Shown here: piece by piece, positions 18,090 through 38,715 of the stretch
Numbering within the stretch: the stretch's first letter is position 1
How the letters are laid out: every line of letters begins with the position of its first letter
Source of the DNA: the human T2T-CHM13v2.0 reference genome, Homo sapiens
Direction: 5' to 3' (one strand)
DNA length: 64,000 bases
Assembly (NCBI RefSeq): GCF_009914755.1
Contig: NC_060932.1
Made by a program: the position numbers and the translations under genes
The notes under the pieces: generated by a model
Told to the model about the DNA's origin: nothing
What the model saw: the letters and a program-made list of their open reading frames with translations, nothing else
Databases searched by the model: none

Positions 18090-18204
18090 TAAAACACTGC
18101 AGTGAGGATTTAACAATGAAAAGTGCCTTAGACCGAGGATGTGCTCTGCTAATATTTGATGATGAATGAGTAGCTGAAATAAGGATGTGGAGATGCTATG
18201 TACA

Positions 18205-19195
18205 CCATAGTTTGCTCCCTGTACTGAATGCACAGACTGGGTGGCTAAAACTATAGACATTTATTGTCTCATGGGTCTGGAGGCTGGAAGTCCAAGATCA
18301 AGGTGCTGATGAGGTGGGTTCTTCTGAGCCTCTCTCTGGGCTTACAGAGGGACCCTTCTCCCTGCGTCTTCACATGGTTGTCCTTTGGTCTGTGTCCTAA
18401 CATCCTCTTCTTATAAGGACACCAGTCCGATTGGATTAGGCCCACCCTAAAGACCTCATTTTAACTTCAGGCACCCCTTAAAAGACCTTGTCTCCACATA
18501 TGGTTACATTCTGAGGTATTGGAGGATAAGGTTTTAACAAATAATTTTTTGGCCTGGCTCGGTGGCTCATGCCTGTAATCCCAGCACTTTGGGAGGCCAA
18601 GGCGGGTGGATCACGAGGTCAGGAGATCGAGACCATCCTGGCTAACACGGTGAAACCCCGTCTCTACTAAAAATACAAAAAAAAAAATTAGCCGGGCACG
18701 GTGGCGGGCATCTATAGTCCCAGCTACTCAGGAGGCTGAGGCAGGAGAATGGCGTGAACCCGGGAGGCAGAGCTTGCAGTGAGCCGAGATAGTGCCACTG
18801 CAGTCCGGCCTGGGCAAAAGAGCAAGACTCCATCCATCTCAAAAAAAAAAAACAAATAATTTTTTTTTCTTTTGAGACGGAGCCTCGCTCTGTTGTCCAG
18901 GCTGGAATGCAGTGGCATGATCTCGGCTCACTGCAACCTCTGCCTCCTGGGTTCAAGGGATTCTCCTGCCTCAGCTTCCTGAGTAGCTGAGACCACAGGC
19001 ATGTGCCACCATGCCCAGCTAATTTTTGTATTTTTAGTAAAGACGGGGTTTCACCATGTTGGCCAGGATGGTCTCGATCTCTTGACCTTGTGATCTGCCC
19101 GCCTCGGCCTCCCAAAGTGCTGGGATTACAGGCATGAGCCACCGCACCCAGCCAGACAAATGAATGTTTGAGGAATGCAGTTCAGCTCATAACAC
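18205..19195 (-). mobile_element. MLT1 (MaLR) solo LTR interrupted by two Alus
   Basis: ggaggctggaagtccaagatcaaggtg; cttcttataaggacaccagtccgattggattaggcccaccct; resumes after the Alus with cagttcagctcataaca. Confidence 0.85.
18551..19153. mobile_element. Tail-to-tail AluY-type (+, 18551-18852) and AluS-type (-, 18860-19153)
   Basis: Sense Alu flanked by TSD aacaaataatttttt, inserted at the tail of the antisense Alu. Confidence 0.9.
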
Positions 19196-19309
19196 TCACC
19201 AGTGTATTGTTAGCAGTTTTATTTATTGTGACACTGTTCAGAGATGATATTTGTGTGTAAAGTGGTAGGCCCTTTGTATATGAGAAATGAGTTATTGCAG
19301 GCCCACTTT

Positions 19310-20760
<1,451 letters not shown>

Positions 20761-20959
20761 TTATTTTTTAAGTTTTAAAAGCTGTAAAGGCATATAATGA
20801 AAATCTCCAAAGGCAACTGATATTTTCAGATGTTGGTGTTCATTCAGAGATAATGTATAGTTACGAAGATAATTTAGACTTATATCATTCCAAGATAAGT
20901 TAAACTTGACAGCAAGAACATACATACCTATGCATGTACATATTTATGTGTAGATATCA

Positions 20960-20989
20960 TGTGTGTGTGTGTGTGCGTGTGTGTGTGTG

Positions 20990-21020
<31 letters not shown>
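20960..21020. repeat. (TG)n microsatellite with two CG interruptions
   Basis: About 60 bp of unbroken purine-pyrimidine alternation. Confidence 0.95.
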
Positions 21021-21135
21021 TCTACCCCCCTTCCTTTTTCGACAAATAGTAGCATTTCTGCAGGCCCCTTTTAAACAACACTAACCTCAGATAACCAAAG
21101 ATCAGGGTAAGTAGAAAGTCTGAGGAAGAAAAATG

Positions 21136-21470
21136 GGCCAGGTGTGGTGGCTCATGCCTGTAATCCCAGCACTTTGGGAAGCTGAAGTTGGGGAGGCTTG
21201 CTTGAGCTGAGGAGTTCAAGACCAGGAGTTCAAGACCAGCAGTTCAAGACTAGCCTGGGCAACAGAGCGAGACCCCATCTCTACAAAAAATTAAAAAACT
21301 AGCCAGGCGTAGTGGTGTGCACCTGTATTCTCAGCTCCTCAGAAGGCTGAGGTGGGAGGATCACTTGAGCCCAGGAGTTTGAGGCTGCAGTGAGCCGTGA
21401 TCATACCACTGCACTCTAGTCTGGGAGACAGAGCGAGACTCTGCCACGAAAAATAAGTAAATAAATAAAT
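21136..21470 (+). mobile_element. Alu (AluJ-type) with triplicated B-box region
   Basis: aggagttcaagacc aggagttcaagacc agcagttcaagact. Confidence 0.88.
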
Positions 21471-22659
21471 TGACTTTTCTATTTCTTTCATAGCTTAGAT
21501 GAAAAAAATCAAAGATAGAATTGTTGCTCATGGATAGAGAGAATTCTGGGAAGCAGGAATCCAGTTAGCTAGCTGAAGCTGGTGAGACATGGAATTTGGA
21601 TTTGTTTAAAGCACTGGAAATGAGAGTCCAGCCATCTCCTCATCAGACCCAAGCAAAGGGCAGAGGCATGAGATTCTCCCTTCTTGATAATGAGACCCCC
21701 TGAGTTACAAATGTCTCCGATGAACCACACAGATGTGAAAAAGCAAAGAGAGGGGACACTTGCCACCAAATGAAAGCAGGAGGCGAATACATGAGGAGAT
21801 GAAAAAGTATTAACATCAAATGTACGTCAAGCTCCAGACCGGAATCGGGGCAGACTGGGGAGCTGTCGGGTGCGGGAAGGGAAGTGGGGAGCCAGGATGG
21901 GCCTAGCAACTGGGAGGAGGGGACAAGGCCATGTGCCCGCAGGGGTGGAAGGTGGGTGCATGACATCCAGGGAAGTACGAGGTTCAGACCGGGCAAATCA
22001 CAGAAGCTGCCAGTCGCTTAGTTGATCTGGGAAGACTTCCCAGAGGAGACGGGCTTTCAGGAGCAGCTTGGATGAGGGAGAGTAACAGGTTGGTGAACAG
22101 ATTGAAGCCGGGAGTTCCAGGCATACTGCCGATCCACACTGGCAGAGCGCCCAAGGAACACTTGGTTATCATCTTTCTGTTGTGTCTTTCACTCTTTTGT
22201 ATTTCCTTAAAGATCCTAGAATCTGGCATGGGTGTTTGGTTATATGATAAGCTGGCAGGGAGCGGGTGTGTACTAAAATGCAAATGATGGCTGTTGGGTT
22301 CTCGGTGAGGGAGGCGAGAGGAAGGTGTTTAGCGCCAGGAGAATCGGCCCTGCCAGACATGGAAGCCGTGTGGCATGAGCCACGGAGCCCTGTGAGAGAA
22401 TTGGGGGCCCTGGGCTGTTGCCCCAGCTCAGATACTGACTTGTTCTGGGACAAGGGAGGTCACAACATCACATGCTCTAGCTTTTCTCAAGGACCACATG
22501 GGCGTGTTGGGCTCAATGACCTGTAAGACTTCCCAATCTAAGCAACTCAGTCATTGACAGCCAAAAGAAACAAAGTCTCCCAGTTCAATGGAACTGAATA
22601 TCTCAACAGCCTCAAAGCTTCACAGTGTAAACACCCTTTAGAGTCATGCCTGCCAAGCA

Positions 22660-22830
22660 CTTCACACAGGTCTTTCCCACACAGCGTTTCATCTGTATCT
22701 CATAATAACCCATGAGGCAGGTAGGGCAGGGATAGGATTAGCCCCATTCTACAAATGGGGACACAGAGAGACAGACTGATTGTTCAAGGTCCCAGTGCTG
22801 GACGCTGGCTAAGCTGAGCTAGACCCCTGA
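22660..22830 (-). mobile_element. MIR
   Basis: ctcataataacccatgaggcaggtag...ccccattctacaaatgggga. Confidence 0.65.
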
Positions 22831-23079
22831 GGCCCTGCCCTCCCTGCCAACTCCCACTTGGATGTTAAGTGGTGTTCAGAGCACGCCCAATGCTGGCTCT
22901 GGGAGGAGGGCCTGAAGCACTGATGCCAGATCTACTCTCCCAGCCTCAACTTCAAGGCCATAGTGAGCAGCTTTCACCTGAGTGCCACCCAGCCACAGTT
23001 CCCTGCCCCACCCTGCACACCTCTGCTGCACAGGGGCTGGGTCAAAACATACCCTTTATTTCCATAAAGACCTGCCCTG

Positions 23080-23370
23080 GGGCCGGTGAGGTGGCTCACA
23101 GCTGTAATCCCAGCGCTTTGGGAGGCAGGAGAATTGCTTGAGGCCAGGAGTTCAAGACCAGCCTGGGCAATATAATAAGACACTGTGTCTACAAAAAAAT
23201 TTAAAAATTACTGGGCGTGGTGGTACACGCCTGTGGTCCTGGTGCTGGGAAGGCTGAGGCAGGTGGATTGCTTGAGCCTGGGGGTCAAGGCTGCAATGAG
23301 CTACGACTGTGCCACTGCACTCCAGCCTGGGCGACACAGTGAGATCCTGGCTCTAAAAAGTGAAAAAAGA
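23080..23370 (+). mobile_element. Alu (AluJ-type)
   Basis: Sense Alu; aaagacctgc on both sides. Confidence 0.88.
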
Positions 23371-24034
23371 AAGACCTGCTGTGGGCTGGCACTCAGACCC
23401 CAGAGGTCTGATCCTCTGGGCTCCTGAAGCAGTGGGACAGCCTGCCTGGGCTCTAGTGTGAGGGGAGTGTCCTTGCTTTTGTCTCAGCCTGACTTCCTGT
23501 CTAGACATCTCGAATGGTCCCCTGAATTTAGCGTGCCGCATTTGCCTGCCAGCTCTGTCCAACCCACACAGGCCAGTGCCCAGCAGCTGCTGCCGCCCCC
23601 TCACCAGGCTGAGTCCTAAGAGGAGGGGCTGGCAAGGGAGGGTCGAGCCTAGAAAATTGTATAATGAAGGTACCCATCAAGATGACAACACTCTTAGAGG
23701 CAGCTCAACATCCTAGAATCCTGTCCTTTTCAGAACTCATGCAGGCGCTCGCTCTCTCCCCCACACCTGGAAGGATGGGTTGTCAAGGCAACTTCTTGAA
23801 GGCACCAGCATCCACAGTGCCATCGGTCCCCAAGGACCCACTGAAGCCGGCTGTGGAGGAAGGAGGCCGTCCCTCGGGTTGGCTCTGGAGAGACATGAAG
23901 AGTCTAGTCCTCTGGAATATCCAATCCCAAGCTAAGACCCTCCCTCCTGGACCCATCTTAGTGGGAGGCCAAATCTTCCGCAAGACGCGAAGCTGAAACA
24001 TCGGACCCAGCCCTGGTGCAGTGAGACCAGAACC

Positions 24035-24950
<916 letters not shown>

Positions 24951-25149
24951 TGTAGAACGTGCCCGTCCTTCTGAGCCTGTTTTCTGAAAACCTTCCATGC
25001 TTCCCCAAAGCACAGCTTTACCCCTGAGCCCTAGCTCCTCAGTTTCCCTAGACTCATGGCGTAGGGAACAGAGGTTCTTCTCGCTCCTACTTGCCCAGGG
25101 AAAAGCAGTGGTTTCAGCTCTGTGGGCCCTATCATGGTTCTGAGTGACT

Positions 25150-25345
25150 TGAAATCAAGTTGAGAAGAACAGACAAAGCCCAGTTGGGGGATGTTCTGCA
25201 AAATACCTGACTCCTCAAAATTGCCAAGGTCATTAAAAACAAGAAAAGTCAGAGAGACTGTCACAGCCAAGAGGACCCTATGGGCACACAGAATATGCCC
25301 AGCAACCATGTGATGGGACAGGATGAGCACTGGATTGGGAGTCTA
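25150..25345 (+). mobile_element. Old L1 3'UTR fragment (L1MC/L1MD-like)
   Basis: ctcctcaaaattgccaaggtcattaaaaacaagaaaagtcagagagactgtcacagccaagagga. Confidence 0.7.
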
Positions 25346-25358
25346 TTATTAACATTAA

Positions 25359-26854
<1,496 letters not shown>

Positions 26855-26856
26855 TG

Positions 26857-27890
<1,034 letters not shown>

Positions 27891-28379
27891 AAAGCACACT
27901 TTTAAATGTGTGATTTGCTTTCATCTCATTGAAGTATCTTTGGAACTTTGTGCTTCCACTTATAATCTCTAGCTCCTGGCTGTAAAAGCAAAACAAAGAC
28001 CAACAGCTCTGAGGTTCTGGTTCCTAGGTTCTACATTGCACTCTGTTACTCACTCTGACCTACAGAGTAAAGGCAGCAGCCACAGGGCTACCCAGGGTAG
28101 GATTCCAACCTTCCCTGGAAATGAGAGACTCACAGAACTGGGAGTGGGCTGGATGTGGGCTCCTACTTTTCTGTAATGTCTGTGCCAGGCATTATAAGGG
28201 ATGACCAGGTCTAAGCCATAATCAATAAAATGTAGTGTGGGAGACCAGCTGTAAGCCAATGAATGGTGAGGGATACATTCAGGCTGTCCTTTCCAGCCCA
28301 TCATGAACACCACCTCCTCCACGCAGCCTTTCCTCATGGTCCTATCTGGGTGTTTTCTCTTCCTCCTCTGAACACTTCT

Positions 28380-28525
28380 TTTTTTATTTTATTTTATTTT
28401 TTATTTTATTATTATTATAATTTAAGTTTTAGGGTACATGTGCACAATGTGCAGGTTTGTTACGTATGTATACATGTGCCATGTTGGTGTGCTGCACCCG
28501 TTAACTCGTCATTTAGCATTAGGTA
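28380..28525 (-). mobile_element. Severely 5'-truncated L1PA (146 bp)
   Basis: tttaagttttagggtacatgtgcacaatgtgcaggtttgttac...tttagcattaggta; perfect 19-bp TSD tcctcctctgaacacttct (28361-28379 and 28526-28544). Confidence 0.92.
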
Positions 28526-29495
28526 TCCTCCTCTGAACACTTCTAATACTCTGTGTTGACATATGGCATGTACCTCACTGAGGCTGCTAGTAGTTTCAAT
28601 GACTTGCCCTGGTAGACAGAGATTCTGCCATTTATATCAGGGAGTTATCATAAAAAGTCATTAACTATGGGCTGACTAGGTCTAAATCTGAGATCATGAG
28701 AAATTACACTCTTAGAGGCAATAGATATGCTGGGCTCTGAGAAGGGGAGATCTTGGGTGGCTTCCTGGAAGAGGTGAACGTGGAAGCATGGCTGAAGGAT
28801 AGGTGGAGGTCTTTCTTCTTCCTCAGATGAGGCAATAGTGAGTTCAACACCAGGTCCAACCTCAGTGCAACCCAGGGACTAGACCCTTAATACCCAATTC
28901 TTCAAGGTTGGCTCTTCTCTCCACACCTTCCATAATCCTACCTTAAGTCTCAGTTCATGGCAATCTCTCCACCTGGAATGCTCTTGGCTTCTCCTCTTTC
29001 CCTCATCAATCCAGCCCACAGTGACGTTGTCCTCCTCTGACCACCCAGACTAGCACTTAGGGTTTGCAAGCCCTTGTGTGGCAGGTCATAAACTACCCTG
29101 GGTTAGGCGTTCTCGTGTGGGAATGGGTCTGGGTCTCCTGGGCTCCCCGGCTCAGCCCTGGCCCCTGCAGGTGCTCAGTCAGCAGTGGCTAATGGGATTC
29201 CCTCTCCACAGTCTGTCTTCATGGGCTGAAGCCTCCTGTGACCTGTGTTTATCGTACCTCCAGAGCCTACGGGAGCCTTCCTGTCAGGCTGCTCGTCCTG
29301 AATGCCCAGCGGCGTCTCCATGGTGGGAAGATGCTGCGGAAGAGAACACGACTCCCACCTTCACATCGACAAGGAACTTTATCATTGCTCCAAAAACGCC
29401 CACACAGTCTGTATCCTAGCGACTCTGGAGAGCTCCTCCCAGCCTCTCATGAATGAGGAGCAGCTCGCTCTGCAGCGGTCTCTGAGACAACACTG

Positions 29496-30520
29496 GTGTG
29501 TGAGTGTGTGTGTGTATGAGAGTGACTATATGAGTGTGTGCGAGAGTGTGTATGTGACTGTATGTGTATGTGTGTGAGAGTGTGTGTGATTGTGTGAGGG
29601 TGTGTGTGAGTGTATGTGATTGTGTGTGTGTATGTATGTGTGTGTGAGGGTGTAATAGTGTGAGTGTAGTCGTGTGTTTGTGAATGCATGTGAGAGTGTA
29701 TATGTGCGTGTGAGAGTGTGTGATAGTGTGTGTATATGTGGGTGTACTTGTGAGTGTGAGTGATAGTGTGAGTGTGTGATTGTGTATCCGTGTATGTGTG
29801 TGTCAGTGTGTGAGTGTGATAGTATGCATGAGTGTATATGAGTGTGAGTGTATGTAAGAGTGTGTGTGATTGTATGTGTGAATGGTAGTGTGAATGTGTG
29901 TGAGTGTATGTGACAATGTATACGTGTGACTGAGTGCGAATGTGTGATTGTGTATGTGTGTGTTTATGTGAGAGTGTGTATATGTGTGAGGGTGAGGGTG
30001 TGTGATAGTGTGTGTATGTGTGTGATAGTGTGTGACTTTGTGACCGTGTGTGAGGGTGTGAGTGTGAGTGTGTGTGTGAGAATGATAGTGTGAGTATGAG
30101 TGTATGTGAGTGTATATGTGAGTGTGAGTGAGGTTGTGTGTTACATGCATGGTATGTGTGGGTGTGAGTGTGTATGTGGGTATAGGCCTGTGTGTTCTGT
30201 GTGTGTGAGAGTGTGTGAAGGGGTGTGTGTGTGTGGTATGTATGTGACTGTGGGTGCGAGTGTGCACGTATGTGTCTAAACCTGTGTGTGCTGTGTGTGG
30301 GGGTATATGGGTGTGTGTGAGTGTACATGAGGGAGGGTATGTGTGTGCATTGTAGGTATGTGAGTGAGGGTGTATGTGACTGGACGAGTGTGCTGTGTGT
30401 GAGTGGGGGTTTAGATTGGGCATATGTGAACCTGTGTGGGAGGTGTGAGTTTGTGCAGGAGTACAGAGACACGGGTTGCATGTGGATGTGTGGGGGTGTG
30501 TGTGTGCAAGTAGGTGTGTG
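29496..30520. repeat. ~1 kb degenerate (TG)-rich low-complexity tract
   Basis: TG, TGAG and TATG mosaic; source of the spurious His/Thr-rich 344 and 252 aa ORFs. Confidence 0.95.
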
Positions 30521-31059
30521 GGAGGGAGGAAACGTGCCCCAGCCTGATCCTGTGAGAACACTCAGGACTGTATCTACTCCCGTGGGTGGAAGACAGCGTG
30601 GTCCTGGGACCGTCCCTGATGCGAGCGCTCACTCCCTTTTCCCTCCCAGCCCACACCTCTCCCTCCTACCGCCAGAGAATCTCCACACTCCAGGGCACCT
30701 TTACAAGAGGTCAAGTCGTCCAGCACCCACTGGAGATGGTCCCCACCGTGCAGACCAGTCTCCTTCTTCCCACTCCGGCCCTGCCCGCTTCCAGCAAGGG
30801 CAGGAAACCTCAAAGATGCTGGAAAGTGGTTTCCCGTTCCACTCAGGCCACGTGCCAAACCTCTGGAGTCCCCTGGACCCCATAGCCGAGGGAGATGAAT
30901 TTGCCATTAGACACCAAAGGATAAGAAACTGCTGACACAGGCCCAAGGCTGTCTCGTCCCTGCTGGGGTGATGGATGATGAGTTTTCAAGCGAACTCTAA
31001 TAGGAAGTCCATGCATAATACATCATTAGGGGAGCAAATTCCAATTTGCATCCCATTAG

Positions 31060-31674
<615 letters not shown>

Positions 31675-31799
31675 TAGTCACTGCCGTGCTGAAAGTCAAG
31701 TATAGGGAGCAGAATAATGTGTGCCTCAGTTTCCAAAGACCTAAATGGGGGGGGCCAAAGAGAAGGGCCCCCCTGGCAAGGACTGGGAGCCATAGGGCA

Positions 31800-31985
31800 G
31801 TGGAGAGTGCCAAGCCAGGGACCTGCAACCTGAGCTCATTCCCTGCTCTGCCACTCACTGCACTAACCTCCTTTCTATCCTCTGCACTCAACCTCTCTGA
31901 GCCTCAGTTTTCTTATCTGTGAAAGAGGGATGGTCACCTGCCCTGCAGAGCTTTTCTGAGTATGGGAAAGTGCACTTGAGACTTT
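31800..31985 (+). mobile_element. MIR
   Basis: cactcaacctctctgagcctcagttttcttatctgtgaaa. Confidence 0.7.
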
Positions 31986-32584
31986 ATGGTGTTGCGATGC
32001 TTTGGAGGGTGCTCTGCAGACCCTGAGATGGGATTGGGTGGGAGGTGGAGGTTGGGTGTGAGACTGATGTTTGGGGTGGGCAGGGTAAGGGGAAGATGGA
32101 GTAGAGTTTCTGGTCCTGGAGCCCAGCATTCTGTCTTCTGCTTCCTGCCTTAGGAGAGGCTTCAGTCTTCCTCTGAAGGCTGCAGGGCGGGTTAGGCGCA
32201 TGGCAGTGGGGCGCTGAGAAGTCAGGGCTTAGTCTGAGAGTGTAGTGTGGTTTTCCTTTCAGGGGCAGAGCCTGTCTGAGGAGGAGGCGCCTGAGCAGGG
32301 GGTCAGTACAGCTAAACTGGAGCTTGTGATATTTTAAAAGCATTCTGGAAAAACTGGGAGAGGAGCCAGGCTTGGGTGGTTGGCGGGGCATGAAATCTGG
32401 TCAAAGATTGCCCAGTAGAGGAAGGGCCCAGCTCTGAGGCTGTATAGCAGAGTGGGCAATTCTCTCTGACAGTGATCAGGGATGGCTGGTATTTCTCCCC
32501 AGATCCCCTAAAAATGCTTTAGAGGCTTGGGCCATAGGCCACACCCATTGGCCTTTAAAGAAGTCTCCCTCTTTTTTAAAAAAT

Positions 32585-32865
32585 TATTATTTTATTTTTA
32601 ATTTTTTAGAGACAGGGTCTTGCTCTGTCTCCTAAACTGGAGTGCAGTAGCACAATCATAGCTTACTGCAGTCTCGAACTCCTTGGCTCAAACCATCTTC
32701 CCACCTCGGCCTCCAGAGTAGCTGGGAAGAGGTGCAGAGTACCTGTAGAGGTGCGAGCCACCATGCCCAGCTAATATTCTAATTTTCACAGAGATGGGGT
32801 CTTGCTATGTTGCCCAGGCTGGTCTCAAACTCCTGGCCTTAAGCAAGCAATCCTCCCACCTTAGA
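32585..32865 (-). mobile_element. Alu (AluJ-type)
   Basis: Antisense Alu. Confidence 0.85.
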
Positions 32866-33789
32866 CTTTGTAGTATCCTCCTGGTTCTCAACTGGGACAG
32901 GGATGTGTTTGTGGGGGCAGGGGTCTCTGCGACAGAGCCTGTCTGTGAGCCCCACCCAGATCCTGTCTGACCTCTGCCCTGCCAGCTGCTGGCCCTACCT
33001 CACGTGTTCTGCAGCCCACCAAGGACGGATTGATCGGCACTCCCTAGACCCAAACTCTTAAATTATTTCCCATGGTTCATGGAGAGGTGCAGGGCTGTGG
33101 TCAGGTGAGTCAGGGGCCAGGACAGAATCATCCTGGCGAGATGTACCTTCCCCTGGTGATGTGGCAGGGCAGGGTGCGGAGGGAGCAGGGAGGGCCTCCC
33201 AGGTCTCAGATGCATGCAGATGGCACACTTTACATGGAAGTTTTGCAATTGTCTAACAGCTTAGGGTTGCGAAATACTTTCCAGTTTTTCCTCTCAATTA
33301 TTGGGGTGACACAGGGGAAAGCCTGTGACGTGTTGGAGGGTATCATTTGGATAATATACCTTGACCTGTAGGGATGTGTCCATGAGGGAATGAATGTCCC
33401 AGTGTTGCTCCAGCGATACCCCTGGCCACAAAGACACGCCTGAAATTGCTGAGGGCTTAAGGCACTGGAAGGCCTGACTGTGCTTTAGTTTTCTCTCTTG
33501 TCAAATGCTAGCTCAACTAGTCCCACAGTTTTCTTGTGGGTAGTAAAATGAGAGCATAGAAACAAAAATATGCAGTGAGACATGATCACGCCACTGCACT
33601 GCAACCTGGGCAACAGAGTGAGACCCCTGACTCTAAGAGAAAAAAAGAAACTGAAAAAAAAGTTTAATAAAAGTGCAATAGTGCTTTGAAAATACTATCG
33701 ATACCGTGAAACTTTAAGGTATAATGTGATTGTGTTTGTGTAACTTGTAACAGTCCTTGCGGGATTAATAGCTAACAATGTGGAAATAA

Positions 33790-35800
<2,011 letters not shown>

Positions 35801-35839
35801 TGTGTTGAGGCAACTTCTTAATTTTTTTCTCCATAGGAA

Positions 35840-36127
35840 TTTTATATATATAAATATTTATAAATATATATTTATATATATTTATATATATTATATATAA
35901 TATTATATATTATATATATTTATATATTATATATAATATTATATATTATATATATAAATATATATTATATATTATATATTATATATTATATATATTATAT
36001 ATAATATTATATATAATATATATAAATATATATTATATATTATATATTATATATATATTATATATATAAAAATATTTATAAATATATATTATATATAAAT
36101 ATTTATAAATATATATTATATATATAT

Positions 36128-36130
<3 letters not shown>
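35840..36130. repeat. (TA)-rich low-complexity tract, no G or C
   Basis: About 290 bp of A/T only, abutting the tail of the antisense Alu at 36128-36416. Confidence 0.95.
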
Positions 36131-36416
<286 letters not shown>

Positions 36417-37764
36417 ATTTTTCTATCATTTAAAAATGAGAAATTCTCTTTAGGGTGGGGACATGGTAGGGGATGTTTTAGATTGGGAGAGGGCAGTTTG
36501 AAAAAAGATTTTTCTACATTATACTATAATTTAGTATTTATAAATTTTTTTTTTAAGAAGAACTTATTACTTTCAGAGTACAAATCAGAGAGAGTCAAAC
36601 ATCTGAGAGGGGAGAGAGAGAGTATCAGTTATTCTCGGGAGGAGGGAGGAGCACACGGTCTTCATCACAAGTTGTTCTTTCACAATTTGGTTCAGTTTAC
36701 ATTTCTTCTTGGCAGTCCATCTGTGCCAGGGAACGTGGGGACCTGGCTGACCTGTCAGATATACCTAATGGATCTGGAAGCCAACTGTCTTCCGGCAGAC
36801 CCAAGGAGACAAGGGAGCCAGCCTGACTTTGCAAAATCCAGCATCTCCCAATATATGCCCTGTCTTTAAAGCAGGAGAAGCCTCTCAGAGAATGGGTACC
36901 TAGTCTCTTGGCTGTCGAAGGCAGAGGCAATCTGATTCAGGGAGTAGGATATAGCACAGTGAGACCGGGGAAAAGAAAAAGAATACCCAAAAAACAAAAA
37001 GCCTGAATACAGAAAGGATTCCTTTGGAGAGGAGGGCCTGGTGGGGAACTGCAACCTTATCCCCTGAGACTGCGGCTCAGAAGCCCAGCCTGGAGGTTCA
37101 GTGAACCTGTTAGTAACATGAACTTGGTCACTGTATTTCTCAGCCCGAGCTCATGCATTATTTACCTGGCGTAAGTAAACCTGCTTCTCCCACGGTTGCT
37201 GGGGAAACCACTTTGATTTATTGAGTTCTGTTTTACTCTCCAGTGAAAAACGCTGCAGGGTGGAAAGGAGGGAGGGGGGCACTACTGGGTCCCAGGGGCT
37301 CAGGGTGTGGAGCAGTAAAAGGGATCCCCCACTTTTCCCCCGGAAAGGGGCCAACTAGGAAAGAATGCAGATTCCAGTGCTGGGAGCTCCAAGGTTGCCA
37401 TTTCCTGCTTCTCTGAGTATCCCTTTTCTCTATAACACATCCTCCAGGAAGAGTTGGGAACAGGGAGCTAAGGAGAAAGGTGTCCCTTTCCCGAGGCCCC
37501 GGTGAAGGCCACTTGCAGCTCTCCCTCTGACTGCTTGCAGAGATAACATCAGTTTGTGCAGAGCAGGGAGGGGAAGGAGTCAGGTTTCCCCAGAGGCTGT
37601 TTCCCAGGTGGATCATCCTGGGGAAGCCAACTCCATAACACAGGTAAGGTGGTCCTATCTGCCCCCAAGTTCGCTGCAGCTCATATTCGGGGAGTTGCCT
37701 TATAGACCAGGCAGCTATGGTGGCTTAGAAAGAGCTTGGGACCCTGGGCTCAAATCTCAGGGCT

Positions 37765-37770
37765 TTTATT
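37765..37770 (-). promoter_or_regulatory. Candidate poly(A) signal AATAAA for C8orf86
   Basis: First minus-strand AATAAA I find downstream of the stop (plus strand tttatt); implies a ~1.5 kb 3'UTR containing an Alu. Confidence 0.4.
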
Positions 37771-38204
37771 TATAATTTGAACAAGCTGTATAATCCTTCT
37801 GACTCTCAATCCCCCAGTGTGTGGAAGATGGATAGTAGTGTCTGCCTTGGAGTGTTCTTGTGAAGACTTCTCAGTGAGTGATCTATGGAACACGTCCATG
37901 CCCCAGCATTACAATGTGGGGTGAAGGGTTGCCTGCTTAGACCACCTGTTTCCTTTTCTTGCCAGCGAGATTCAGACATCGCGCCGGGCTCCCTTCCTCC
38001 TCTTTACTGCATATTGATTTTTCCTTTCCTCCCTTTGTTCTATTTGTGGCTCCTCTGGCCCCACACAATTGCATTATTTCTTCAGAGGCACACTGTATGA
38101 GGAGGTCTGTTCATGCCCAGCAGCATCCTGGGACTTCCTCCATGCCCAGCCGGCCTGGGCTGCTGTCCTTCTGGTCTGTGACCTTGTTGCATTTCCTTCT
38201 ATAA

Positions 38205-38715
<511 letters not shown>

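Noticed and set aside
29447-30561. Long His/Thr-rich ORFs (344 and 252 aa)
   Set aside because: Translations of the CA strand of a TG low-complexity tract, which rarely contains stops.
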